Shown: positions 12,501 to 24,062 of the stretch, piece after piece
How the letters are laid out: every line of letters starts with the position of its first letter
Numbering within the stretch: position 1 is the stretch's first letter
DNA from: Octopus bimaculoides
Lineage: Eukaryota
Direction of reading: 5' to 3'
Length of the DNA: 57,438 nt
NCBI RefSeq assembly: GCF_001194135.2
Contig: NC_068999.1
Span: forward strand, 31,797,593-31,855,030
Notes under the pieces: generated by a model
Seen by the model: the letters and a program-made list of their open reading frames with translations, nothing else
What the model was told of the DNA's origin: nothing
Databases searched by the model: none
Translations under genes and position numbers: made by a program

Positions 12501-13438
12501 CTCAATATTAGCCTGAGCCAATTTTGCCAAATACCTGATCTGGCTCCGAAATACATTCAAGGATGGGCTAATTAATGTATGATTAAACATTTATACAGGT
12601 TTGACACTTTATGTTCTACATAACATTACACCAGATCCCTGGCATGAATTGCCCTGATTCCAACCTCACCCACCCAGCGTTTGAAAATAAAAATGTAATA
12701 TTGTTTCAATTTACAGCCAATGAGGACCACCCACTGCTAAACAGAAACAATATTAAATTATTTTGAAAATATAAGCGTATGAACATCCGTTTACATGGCA
12801 TGTGTATGGGAATATCTAAAAAATCAGGTAAAAACCACCAGAAAAATATTTTAAAAAATGAACAACTCATTTTTCTTTGCAAACATCATTTATTTTATAA
12901 ACTATAACTTTGAAAAATGGCTATTTACAACACAACAAAAGTAAATCACATTTAAAAGTTAATAAAAAGGAAGACAAAATATACTGGCCGATATACACTG
13001 TAAAACTAAGATATTTTTTTAATTGGTGTTAAGGTCACTTATACAGCTGTGGCCATTTGTGACAAAGATCAACAAACATTCATATCTGCACATAAAGACC
13101 AGTAAATAAAGAGTAATGGTATTCATTTTAGGGTTCGATTTTGTGACTTAAAATTTAGGAGATTTGTTAAAAATAAATATATTTAGAATATGCAGAAATA
13201 AGAAAAACACATTAAATTGAGAAATATCATCAATAAAATTGTATTTGAAACCACAGATAGGAGTATTACTTACTAACCTGGTGAATGAGTAATTTGGATG
13301 GAAGACAAAACCATGTATTCAGCCTATTGTTACCAGTGCCTTGCTAAAATGGATTACCTTAAAAAACTGAGGTAACCTGTAAATGAGTTATCTTAATTTT
13401 CAATTTGGGCAGACCCATGATCTGTGACAGATTCATTG

Positions 13439-16116
13439 TCAAGAGCAGACTTGTCCAAATTTTTTTTCTCTTCTCCTTCAGCCACCATTTCTGTCACTGG
13501 CAGTCCGAAGCCATTCTCGGATCACTAACTCAAACTCTGCTTCTGTTGCATTTTTTATAGTCTTGCAAACAGCCCCTGAAATTAATTAATTATGTTACTT
13601 AAAAGTAGTTCTTAATGTGAGAATAATAAATGCACTCACATCCATTTACTCATGTTACTATTCACAAAGGCAAAAATCTACTAGCATAAGTTCTATAGTT
13701 GAAAACAGATACAAACTGAAAGCTTCACATTCATAAATGTTTTTTGTCAGAACCTACCAAAGCTAGTACAACCGCTCCCTACTCCACAATCTGGCTAAAA
13801 CAGTACTCAAAGTGAATATTAATATCATCATATGCCCAGCCCAGGGCCATTTTCAGACCAATGACTGCAAATCAAAATTTTAAAATGCAGTCATTTTCAA
13901 TACACTATGAGCAAAGCATAAAATATATGCTCAAATGTAAGGCAAAATGTAGAATAATAGCCTTTCTGTCAAACGTCAAAAACAATTAACAGGATTCCTG
14001 TGGGTTTTTAAAAAGAAAATTCAAGGGTTTTCAAGGGTATTTTCATGCTAGATTCAAGGACCATCATGACCACTCCACAAAAAATTCAAGGGTTTCCAAG
14101 GACATCCTTCTGATAAAACAAAACTATTTGCACTACTTAGGTTCTCAAATCATATTGTTTAAATATCACCCAATCTATTTCAAGTTGTTGACTAATGTGT
14201 AGCAATGTTTCCATGCCAGTGTTGGCTGACTGTACAAGCAGCCAACACTGATATGGAAACATTGCAAATATGAATTCAGACTACTGGTTTAAGTAGAACA
14301 TTTTCCTTTTGTTTTAATGACAGAGTGATAAATTTGGGATGGCAAATATAAGAGCCCAGAAAGTTATCCCATCATTAGATTACATATGGTGCACAACGTC
14401 TATTTCAGCATCTAGGCTATTTTGTGACAAACAATGACAACATACAAATAGGATCAAGTTTTTCAGATTGTTTATGGATATGATGTCCAACTGCCATTGG
14501 TTAGCTTACCTTATTTTACCAGTAAAATAGAACTAGCAAACCACAGTATACAAGCACCATATTATTTTCTGAGATTCCTGCTGGGACCTAATCAAATAAT
14601 CTTTTCAACTGAGTATCAGGTTGATGCGCTTAAATATTTTTAATAATTATACATTCAAAACAAACGGAATCTGAGGTTATGAGTACCAAGATGAGCACAC
14701 AATGACGGGCGTGAGTTTCTTTGGTGTGTGTGTGTGGGATATGGAAACACACGCATGTGAAGATTGAAGGAAGCAATAGTCACATGTAAGTAGACAGTTA
14801 GAGAGGGGTAGAAAGGTTATTAATGAACCAGCAAGTAAAACCAATAAACTGTAAAATGTATGATTTACCATGTTATTTTGAACCGCACTTCCAAAGCCTC
14901 AACATCCTCTTGACTCTCACAAGGGAAATGAATTGTGTTGGGGAGATTTCTTGTCTCCGAAATGGAGGATGAGGATGGAATATTTTGAATTAGCTGCAGT
15001 ATAGACTGCAGTATTTCCCTCTGCTGGGACTGTTCCTCTCAATTTTTTTCAATCGCAGTGAATAGCTGTTGATCTGGAACTGAAATAGAAAACGGAAAAA
15101 GAAAAGGTAGAGTAGAGTTACGAAATACTTGCTGAGTATACCTCATGACATTAGTTGTTTACAGATATACCGAAAATAATACACAATCAATAATAATCTC
15201 ATTTCACATTTGCTTTCTGGAATCAGAAAGATCGCTAAACCAACAATCAACAACTGTGGCCTTATATAAGGTCTAGTATAACACAAATATTTATTTACCT
15301 TTTCTAGTTTGTCTTGATTAGAGGTAAGGGTTTTATATTCCAGAAATAGGAATTATGATACCTATTTAACAAGGAAGTGGCACCTTGCTTCAGTGCCCCG
15401 AGGGCCTCTAGAATAGTAAAAGATACCAAAGTTAATATTACAGTATTATATTCCTTACGCTAATACAAACAAAGATTTTGTACCTCTTCACCCAAAAGAG
15501 AAAACGTCCGACATGGAGACACTGTGGCAATCTGAAGCTAAAACTTATGATATCCTCACACAAATATCAACAGACCAGTTAGGATGAGTTATATAATTTA
15601 TTGTTTTTAAGTAATCCTTTTAAAACAAGATAAGTTAAATTCATAAAATTTTTGGACATGTGTCTTTTTCTTTTGAATCTACCCTCATTTACTTGTCAGT
15701 TATTTCTTAAGCACTGTAATTATGTATCAGGGTGAAAAGCATACATTTCAAACATGACTCTCCATGGGATGAACCCAAGAGCTGCTTTCAAACACAAAAT
15801 GTTTTATTTTTCTGTTTATAAATAAATTTGAAACTACTTTCCACATACCGATGATATAATATTGACTTACCATGCAACAACTGTTCAGATTTTCCTGACA
15901 GGTTGGGAGGAGCTACATTTGCACTTCTTTCTTTTGGCGTATAATGAATGTCAGTTGGTTGTGGATATCTACTTGGCTCTGGAGAAGACAAGTGGGGTTG
16001 AGATGCTCTCTCTTTTGGAAACTGAACGACAAGAGGAGGCTTTTGAAGCGTCCGTCTTTGATACTCAGAATCATCATCATCATCCTCATCATCTGAGAAA
16101 ATTGGTGCCCTATACA
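13439..16116 (-). pseudogene. Spliced DUF4806-like (transposon accessory, BEN-like) pseudogene; 5' part lost in an assembly gap
   Basis: Exon 16116-15871 (...DDEDDDDDSEYQRR...EQLLH, donor gtaagt). Exon 15079-14869 (acceptor tttcag; QREILQSILQLIQN...HFPCESQEDVEALEVR; donor gtaaat). Last exon 13575-13439 (AVCK/YKNATEAEFELVIREWLRTASDRNGG*RRR), resembling the DUF4806 C-terminal IxxWLRxAxDRxGGRxRR. In-frame TGAs and apparent frameshifts. The expected central core exon was not recognised. Confidence 0.6.
14202..14265. ncRNA. Candidate pre-miRNA-like hairpin
   Basis: gcaatgtttccat-gc-cagtgttggctg / loop actgtacaag / cagccaacactg-at-atggaaacattgc: 27-position stem with one G-U and one mismatch, 10-nt loop. 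No expression evidence. Confidence 0.3.
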
Positions 16117-16630
16117 NNNNNNNNNNNNNNNNNNNNNNNNNNNNNNNNNNNNNNNNNNNNNNNNNNNNNNNNNNNNNNNNNNNNNNNNNNNNNNNNNNNN
16201 NNNNNNNNNNNNNNNNNNNNNNNNNNNNNNNNNNNNNNNNNNNNNNNNNNNNNNNNNNNNNNNNNNNNNNNNNNNNNNNNNNNNNNNNNNNNNNNNNNNN
16301 NNNNNNNNNNNNNNNNNNNNNNNNNNNNNNNNNNNNNNNNNNNNNNNNNNNNNNNNNNNNNNNNNNNNNNNNNNNNNNNNNNNNNNNNNNNNNNNNNNNN
16401 NNNNNNNNNNNNNNNNNNNNNNNNNNNNNNNNNNNNNNNNNNNNNNNNNNNNNNNNNNNNNNNNNNNNNNNNNNNNNNNNNNNNNNNNNNNNNNNNNNNN
16501 NNNNNNNNNNNNNNNNNNNNNNNNNNNNNNNNNNNNNNNNNNNNNNNNNNNNNNNNNNNNNNNNNNNNNNNNNNNNNNNNNNNNNNNNNNNNNNNNNNNN
16601 NNNNNNNNNNNNNNNNNNNNNNNNNNNNNN
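16117..16630. other. Assembly gap (N run); other gaps at 17510-18059, 28015-28881, 30110-30119, 30738-30942, 33375-33776, 35309-35318, 39171-39180
   Basis: Runs of N, mostly flanked by microsatellites. Confidence 0.99.
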
Positions 16631-17169
16631 TTTCTGTTTGTTTTTGGCTACACTCATCAAAAACGAATAACCTGTCAAATGGTGATAACCACTCAATTAT
16701 TAGCTTTAAATGTAAATGCCATAATTTTTGTTGATGCTTAAAAAAAAAAAAAGATTTTAACTTTTTTCATCCCATTTTAACAAACCTTAAATTAAACGTA
16801 TGTCAGTTTGGATCTAAGTTTTGAAAATGACGCGCACTAGTCTGCACTGAAACACACGATTCGCAATTAATTGTTGAACATTTCTGAAGTTGAAAGACTT
16901 TAAATTTTCCCATACATTATATTGAACTGGCAAAATTTAAAAGTGTTTTTAGTCTTATTTATGACACTAGATAAATCACATGTTTTTTTTATTCTAACTT
17001 TCGACAGGGATATTGAATTTCTCTACTTTCGATGTGGAAAATGTAAGGATTGCATTTTGAGTTGCTTCCTCTGTCCTTACATGGAACCACATGCAATTCT
17101 CTGGATATGATCAGAAAGATAGGGTTTGGGTATACAGGAGAGCTAGAAAGAAGTTAGATAGCATTATAT

Positions 17170-17509
17170 GTAATGAAACCAATGGTACTTGCCCTAGATA
17201 TAGAAGTAAGGACTGGAACAGGATACAATGAGCTTGTGACAAAGCAAATAGAGTGAACACGTAGCACAGCCAATGGAGAACTAGCCTGATGATTTAGGAA
17301 AGCTCTGAAGGAGGCCAGATTCAACATTAAGATCGTTGAAAAGCCAGAGTGCTCCATCAGATCACAATTATGTAGGACACACCTTTGAGAATACCACATG
17401 CACCAATGATAACTACATGGTATGTAAGATTAACCTTGGCATTAACTGTGGAACTAGAAATGTAGTCTACAGCATAAGGTGCATTGAGGGTGCTTGTAAA
17501 GGCAAGAAC
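17170..17509 (+). mobile_element. Penelope-like element linker/GIY-YIG endonuclease fragment, cut by a gap
   Basis: FRKALKEARFNIKIVEKP...CKINLGINCGTRNVVYSIRCIEGACKGK matches the PLE Cys-rich linker and NVVYxIxC start of the endonuclease. Disrupted by stops. Confidence 0.65.
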
Positions 17510-18058
17510 NNNNNNNNNNNNNNNNNNNNNNNNNNNNNNNNNNNNNNNNNNNNNNNNNNNNNNNNNNNNNNNNNNNNNNNNNNNNNNNNNNNNNNNNNNN
17601 NNNNNNNNNNNNNNNNNNNNNNNNNNNNNNNNNNNNNNNNNNNNNNNNNNNNNNNNNNNNNNNNNNNNNNNNNNNNNNNNNNNNNNNNNNNNNNNNNNNN
17701 NNNNNNNNNNNNNNNNNNNNNNNNNNNNNNNNNNNNNNNNNNNNNNNNNNNNNNNNNNNNNNNNNNNNNNNNNNNNNNNNNNNNNNNNNNNNNNNNNNNN
17801 NNNNNNNNNNNNNNNNNNNNNNNNNNNNNNNNNNNNNNNNNNNNNNNNNNNNNNNNNNNNNNNNNNNNNNNNNNNNNNNNNNNNNNNNNNNNNNNNNNNN
17901 NNNNNNNNNNNNNNNNNNNNNNNNNNNNNNNNNNNNNNNNNNNNNNNNNNNNNNNNNNNNNNNNNNNNNNNNNNNNNNNNNNNNNNNNNNNNNNNNNNNN
18001 NNNNNNNNNNNNNNNNNNNNNNNNNNNNNNNNNNNNNNNNNNNNNNNNNNNNNNNNNN

Positions 18059-18407
18059 NCACACAAACACATGAATATGCAGAATACCTGCATACATACA
18101 AATGTATACACACGCACACATATACATATGCATACACACACACACATACATGCATACACACATATATGCATGCCTGCATACATACATACATACATATGTA
18201 TATACACATGCACACTGATGCTCACACATGTGCACAAACAAACAAGAAGAACACATCTCTGATAACGGATAGAGTGAACGACTTTTGAAAAAGTTGCAAG
18301 ACACAATGAAAATTTTAGAAAAAATAAATAGCTAAATGAGTGGCAGTCGAACCAATGAGTGTGTTAGATAATAAGGCACTAAAAGAGAATGACTCTCCCC
18401 AGACACA
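18059..18407 (-). repeat. Right arm of a long-range inverted repeat (partner at 12011-12321)
   Basis: Reverse complement matches 12011-12321, including the internal microsatellite block. The inner end abuts a gap. Confidence 0.85.
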
Positions 18408-18566
18408 ATAAATTAAATTTCCCATAGCAAAAAGGAAATATATATTGGTATCAATGAATCCTGGTGCATGCAAACAAAAAAGAAGAAAATATACTGATAA
18501 AAACTGATGCAAATCAATCAGCAAAGTAGAATAAATGTGATGAATTCCTATTGATAGTTACAGTTA

Positions 18567-19335
18567 CTCATTCTCATTGTTGCCATGCATATTACTGGTA
18601 CTCTCTTCATCACTGGAATTCTCTACAATAGGATCTAGGTCATCACCTCTTCTTCAAACAATAAATCATCCTCAGTACCATCAAGGGCATTACTAATGCC
18701 ACAATTTTAAAATGATTTCACAACTACTACTTCTTTTACAGCGTTCCATGAACTTTTTATCCACTTATACACCTGTGTAATAGTAGGCCTCTTCTTTCTT
18801 CCTGTTGGTGTCACTTCAAAATCTGAAGACTGCATCCACTTGCTGCACTCCTCCCACATGAATCCTGTAAATGGTTTATTGATTAGAACATCTAAAGGCT
18901 ATAACTGGCTGATTAGGCCTCCTGGAATTAGAGCAAAATGGGTCTTCAGTTCTCCAAGTTTCCTCTTAACAAGCTCAGTTCTATGAGCCCAAAACTGGTC
19001 CCAAACTAACAAGGCAAGTTTCTTTAATAGCCCACCAGGATGCCTGGACTACACTTCATATAGCCACAATTGCATTCCTCCCACGTCCATGCAACCTTTT
19101 GGATGGACATGAACAAAAATGCCACTGGGTATCCTTTCTTTAGGCAATGTCTTTCTTTTAAAAATTAAATAAGGTGGCAGTTTTGTGCCATCAGCGCAGC
19201 ATACTAATACATCCATGTGGTGTATGTTTTCATGGCCACATGTTTTAACAGTCACAGTTTTAGCACCTTTGGATTCTACTGTCTTGTTTGATGGCACATT
19301 AAATGTCAAAGAGACTTCATCTATATTTGCTATCT
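18567..19335 (-). mobile_element. pogo/Tigger-family DDE transposase remnant
   Basis: TFNVPSNKTVESKGAKTVTVKTCGHE...CADGTKLPPYLIFKRK, then LLVWDQFWAH, IPGGLISQL*PLDVLINKPF, and an acidic tail (NALDGTEDDLLFEEE). Confidence 0.9.
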
Positions 19336-19888
19336 GTGAAAGTTAGAAATTAACTTCATTGCCTTTCCTTTTACCTGGCCATCTCCCTGACTGCTCTACC
19401 TTACTATAATGAACCCTGCTCTCCAAGCCTTATTAATTGTACACCAAGTGTATTTGCATTTATCTACAGTACATATTTTTCAACTTGTCCCTGATCATAT
19501 AGTGTTTCTCTCATAACTATGTACTGTATTTTCTGGCAGATAGGATACACTTTTCTTATTTTCAAATGTATAAAAAAATTGCCGTGTCTTAATGAGGCTG
19601 TATTACGGATGGGAGACTGGGTGCCATAGGCTAGGGAGCCAGATGAGCAAACTGGGTAAGTTCCCAATGCACAAAAATTATTGCTGATAACAAAATAATG
19701 AAAACAAGTCAATGTATTTCAGCAAATTGTGTTACTAATTATAGAATATTGAAAACAAGCCAAATTATCACATTCTGTTATCACAAGCTTACAAAAAATT
19801 GCTTACAATACATCAGCAGTTATGAAAGAAGTTCACATTATCTCACTTACCTCCTTCCCCAACATACATAACCCACACTTGATATATG

Positions 19889-20753
19889 CATTACATTATT
19901 TGCCACACCCTAGCGGTTGAGGGAACCCGTGGAAGAGGTAGGCCCAGGAAGACCTGGGATGAGGTGGTGAAGCACGACCTCCGAACATTAGGCCTCACTG
20001 AGGCAATGACTTGTGACCGAGACCTTTGGAAATATGCTGTGCGTGAGAAGACCCGGCAAGCCAAGTGAGACCACAATCCAAGGCCTCTGCCAGAGATGTA
20101 GCCAGCCCACTTATGTGTAACATTCCTTCTTTGGATACTAAACTCCGCTTGCGAAGACCTGTTGAGGCAAGTGAAATCGAAATCGAACTAAATTTGTAGA
20201 CTGGCACTCATGCCAACGTCTCTTCATTGAACACTAAACTCGGCTTGCGAAGACCTGTTGGGGCAAGTGAAAGCGAAATTGTGATAGCACCTGTACCAGT
20301 AAATCACTAAGAGCACCGTCCGAGCGTGATCGTTGCCAGAGCACCAGCTGTCTGGCTTTCGTACCGGTGGCATGTAAATAGCACCATTTGAGCGTGACCA
20401 TTACCAACGTCGCCTTCCTGGCATTTGTGCCAGTGGCACGTGAAAAGACATTCGAGTGAGTTCGTTACCAGTACCACTGGACTGGCCCCTGTTCAGGTGG
20501 CACATAAAATACACCATTTCGAGCATGGCCATTGCCAGTACCTCCTGACTAGTCTTCGTGCCTGTGGCACATAAGAGCACCCACTACACTCTTGGAATAA
20601 TTGGCGTTAGGAAGGGCATCCAGCTGTAGAAACTCTGCCAAATCAGATTGGAGCCTGGTGTAACCATCTGGTTCACCAGTCTTCCGTCAAATCGTCCAAT
20701 CCATGCTAGCATGGAAGGCGGATGTTAAACGATGATGATCATCATCATCATTA
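19889..20753 (+). mobile_element. 5'-truncated RTE LINE (RT C-terminus plus 3' UTR with tandem subrepeats and (GAT)n tail)
   Basis: CHTLAVEGTRGRGRPRKTWDEVVKHDLRTLGLTEAMTCDRDLWKYAV. 3' end ggcgttaggaagggcatccagctgtagaaact...gttaaacgatgatgat. Confidence 0.9.
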
Positions 20754-20807
20754 TTAGGAATTATATTAAAAAATTGTGTATTATAAGAAGTATAACCAAT
20801 TTATTCC

Positions 20808-21205
20808 TTTACTCTTTTACTCTTTTACTTGTTTCAGTCATTTGACTGTGGCCATGCTGGAGCACCGCCTTTAGTCGAGCAAATCGACCCCAGAACTTAT
20901 TCATTGTAAGCCTAGTACTTATTCTATCGGTCTCTTTTGCCGAACCGCTAAGTTACAGGGACGTAAACTCACCAGCATCAGTTGTCAAGCAATGCTGGGG
21001 GGACAAACACAGACACACAAACACATATATATACATATATACGACGGGCTTCTTTCAGTTTCCGTCTACCAAATCCACTTTGAAGGCTTTGGTTGGCACG
21101 AGGCTATAGTAGAAGACACTTTCCCAAGATGCCACGCAGTGGGACTGAACCCGGGACCATGTGGTTGGTAAGCAAGCTACTGACCACACAGCCACTCCTG
21201 CGCCT
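20808..21205 (-). mobile_element. SINE family B, near full length, tRNA-derived head
   Basis: Minus strand begins aggcgcaggagtggctgtgtggtcagtagcttgc...cccgggttcagtcccac (A/B-box-like), has a central microsatellite, and ends in a gtaaaaga-repeat tail. Homologous to 38112-38555 and 39362-39750. Confidence 0.9.
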
Positions 21206-21339
21206 ATTGTAGATAAATTTCACATGAAAACCCTTATATGGACCCCAGTTGAGTACAACTGGTATAAATGATGAAACATAGATGAGTTAAAGAGAAAAAA
21301 TGGGTATAAGAAGAATTAAATACAGTATACAAGAGAGAA

Positions 21340-21550
21340 GAAAGTATTGATTTGGAAATGTAATTCATAAGGATGACGTCTAGGTAAATAAATGCGAAGA
21401 AAACATTCAAGTAAAAGCAAGATCAAGGAACATATCAGCAAATGTGCTAAAAAGATTGATTTCAGGATACTGAATTTCACAGAAGGAGATAAAAAACATT
21501 GTATCAGGGAAGACCTATCTATCACATGCAGCATGGAAAAACAGACATAA
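21340..21550 (+). mobile_element. Possible GIY-YIG (Penelope-like) remnant
   Basis: Fragments FIRMTSR and KIKEHISKC...DFRILN...IREDLSI resemble YIGxTxR...RxKEH...FxIL...IxEsLxI. Weak. Confidence 0.3.
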
Positions 21551-21811
21551 AAATGTAAAAGCTTATGGTGGTGGTAATTTTAGAGATGTTGGTGGTGGTG
21601 GTGGTGGTGGTGGTGGTGGTGGCAGTGATGATAATGATGATGATGATATATTCTTATTAAGTGAGTAGTTTACAAATTTAATTCTCTTTCAAGTCTAACT
21701 TTGTAAACTACTCACCAAATAAAGAATGTAGCATTTTACTGCCTGAAGTATTGAACATTGTATTGAGTATCTGTAAACCTAAGCGAGAGAGAAAGAGAGA
21801 GAGAGTTACAC

Positions 21812-21814
<3 letters not shown>

Positions 21815-21871
<57 letters not shown>
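21815..21871. repeat. (GT)n microsatellite
   Basis: Direct reading. Confidence 0.95.
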
Positions 21872-21873
<2 letters not shown>

Positions 21874-22600
21874 TATTTGTATATATGTATGTGAAGATAC
21901 ATTTGTGTATACATATGTGTGTGTGATCACATGCATGTGCATGTGTATGCATGTGTATGCATGTATGTGTTGTTACATAGTTATGAGGGTGGTTACGTAG
22001 TTATAGAAGACATTTATTAGTCAAACAATGTCAACACCCAATTATACCTTTTACGAATATATCTGGAAGGAAACTCCAGTATCAGAGGAGCCAACAAGTT
22101 GTTATGCGTGGACAAAGTGTTGGTAAAATTGCAAGAACCTTCTCAGACATGACGCCAACGCTTGCAGTGAACTTTACTTTACCATTTATCTATTAAAAAC
22201 AATCAATAGAAATTATGTAGTTTTAATTTTCTGCCATTGATCTGACTTCTTTTCACTCTCTTCAAAAGAATCTTGTTCTGTGCTTTATATTGTTGTTGTT
22301 GCTGTTGCTGTCATTGTTGCTGAGGTTATTATTGTTGTTGCTGTTATCTTTTGTAAAATTGATAAACTTTTTTTGATCTTTTAGTCTCAATTTTTCAATA
22401 AATTCAAGATGTCTCCTTCAGTTTTCAGTATTATCTTTGAAAGTACAGATTGACACGTTCATTGGAAATTATGTGAGTACTTGGATGTCACTTTTTCTTG
22501 TAAGCTATAGAAGTACATAATGACACATTTCTTGTAATCTAAACAAGTACAAGTGGCACAGTCATTCTAATCTGTAGAAGTACATAATATTTATCATATT

Positions 22601-22820
22601 GAAGGTGGTGAGCTGGTAGAATCACTAGCATGCTAGGCAACATGCTAGGCAACATGCTTGGCAAAATTTTGTCCATCTTTACATTCTGAATTCAAATTCC
22701 ACTGAGGTTGACTCTGCCTTTCAGCCTTTTGGAGTCAATGAACTATGTACCAGCTGAGTACTGGGTTGATGTAATTGACCTACCCTTTCCCCTAAAATTG
22801 CTGGCCTTGTGCCAAAATAT
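22601..22820 (+). mobile_element. SINE family A copy with a short tandem duplication (catgctaggcaa, about three times) in the head
   Basis: Homologous to 11321-11540. Confidence 0.8.
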
Positions 22821-23329
22821 TTACTTAGTAATCTATGGAAGTACTGTATAATACTTTCTCTATAAGATATGAAAGTACAAAACTGGATTTCTGTTGTAAG
22901 TAATGGAAGTACAGAGTTGACTCCTATTATATTCTATGGAAGTATAGAATATTTTGATTGCAGTTTGTGAAAGTACAGGGCAATGTTTTTGTTGTAATAT
23001 TTGAATGTACAGATTCATACTTTTGTAGCAATCTATACTAACTGACAGTTTATTGTAATATAAGGAGATGCAAAATGGCACTTTCAGTATATTCTATGGG
23101 AATAGATAGAAAACTACACATGCATACATGCACAGTATATAAACACACATACATGCTTAAAGCCAGCATAATGCTTTGACTATAAGATCATGTCTGTAGT
23201 TATATTGTTTCTGTGCCAATGACAATAAATACATATTATGTGCAAAACAAACTCATCTTTCTTGTTTCACATTTTGCACTTAGTACTTTCCTCAGTTTTG
23301 TTTATTCTTGCCTTAATAAAATTCATTTA

Positions 23330-23870
23330 TAATGACTGGCTTTGAGCAGCTATAATGAGTCCTTCCATTTGTTTCTCAAGTTCTCCATTCTTCAATCATA
23401 TCCAAGATTTGTTGGCTGTAATACACTGCATTTATCTGAGATGCTAGCCATGCAGCTCTTTTTTCCAGATGTTTCTTTCTCGTTCTTGTATTCTTCTTTT
23501 CTTGTACTCTTTTGTGGTCTCCACAGTTTCTTTCCCCTCTCCTACAGAAGCTGAAATAAGTTTTTCGTATGCTCTTCTATATCACTTTCTGCCATTTCAA
23601 TGCAGTCTTATTGATATTAGTTCTCTTACTCCTTTCTTCCATGATAGGTATAACTCATCAACACTATCTAAAAGATGTAATGACCTATACATGGTCAATG
23701 TCTCACTTCTTTTACAATATACACATCTAAGTTCTTTTCTAGTCCAGTTCAGGAAAGCAGCAGAATATCATATTAGAGACGTCACCCACATGTTTACTGC
23801 AAAGATGTTTTTCTATTCATTCAGTTTTGAGTTTAGCACCTTTTTCTGACTCTTCTGAAATATTCATTTC
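23330..23870 (-). mobile_element. R4/Dong-like non-LTR retrotransposon RT C-terminal remnant
   Basis: EYFRRVRK, YSAAFLNWTRKELR, MYRSLHLLDSVDELYLSWKKGVRELISI, ELHG, KSWI*LKNGELEKQMEGLIIAAQ correspond to the R4-clade pattern ...DRLYxxRKEGGRGL...LHG...WLxxGxLKxETEGxIIAAQ. Confidence 0.75.
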
Positions 23871-23964
23871 TCATCTTCTTCATTTTCTGGCAGAGAATTT
23901 GATTGTCATCATTGTCGTTGCTATCATTGTTTTCTTTGTTCTCATCATCATCATCATTGTTGTG

Positions 23965-24023
<59 letters not shown>

Positions 24024-24062
24024 CATTATCATCATTATTATTGTTGTTGTTGTTGTTGTTAT
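23965..24062. repeat. (ATT)n/(GTT)n microsatellite
   Basis: Direct reading. Confidence 0.95.

Noticed and set aside
13439-15079. Selenocysteine or readthrough reading of the in-frame TGAs in the DUF4806-like gene
   Set aside because: The TGAs fall at Arg-like positions and are accompanied by apparent frameshifts and a missing core exon. CpG decay is the simpler explanation.
15362-15532. Two possible mini-exons (15532-15485 and 15408-15362, minus) within the DUF4806-like gene
   Set aside because: Splice signals are plausible, but one has an in-frame TGA and the other breaks the phase. They cannot be supported without homologues.
20313-20577. Regularly spaced ~65-bp repeats resembling a CRISPR array
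   Set aside because: The whole unit is repeated with divergence (no unique spacers), it lies in an RTE 3' UTR, there are no cas genes, and the DNA is eukaryotic.
22200-22470. Asn-rich, stop-interrupted minus-strand frame (RRHLEFIEKLRLKDQKKFINFTKDNSNNNN)
   Set aside because: It may be another Penelope N-terminal relic, but the similarity is confined to low-complexity sequence and is not diagnostic.
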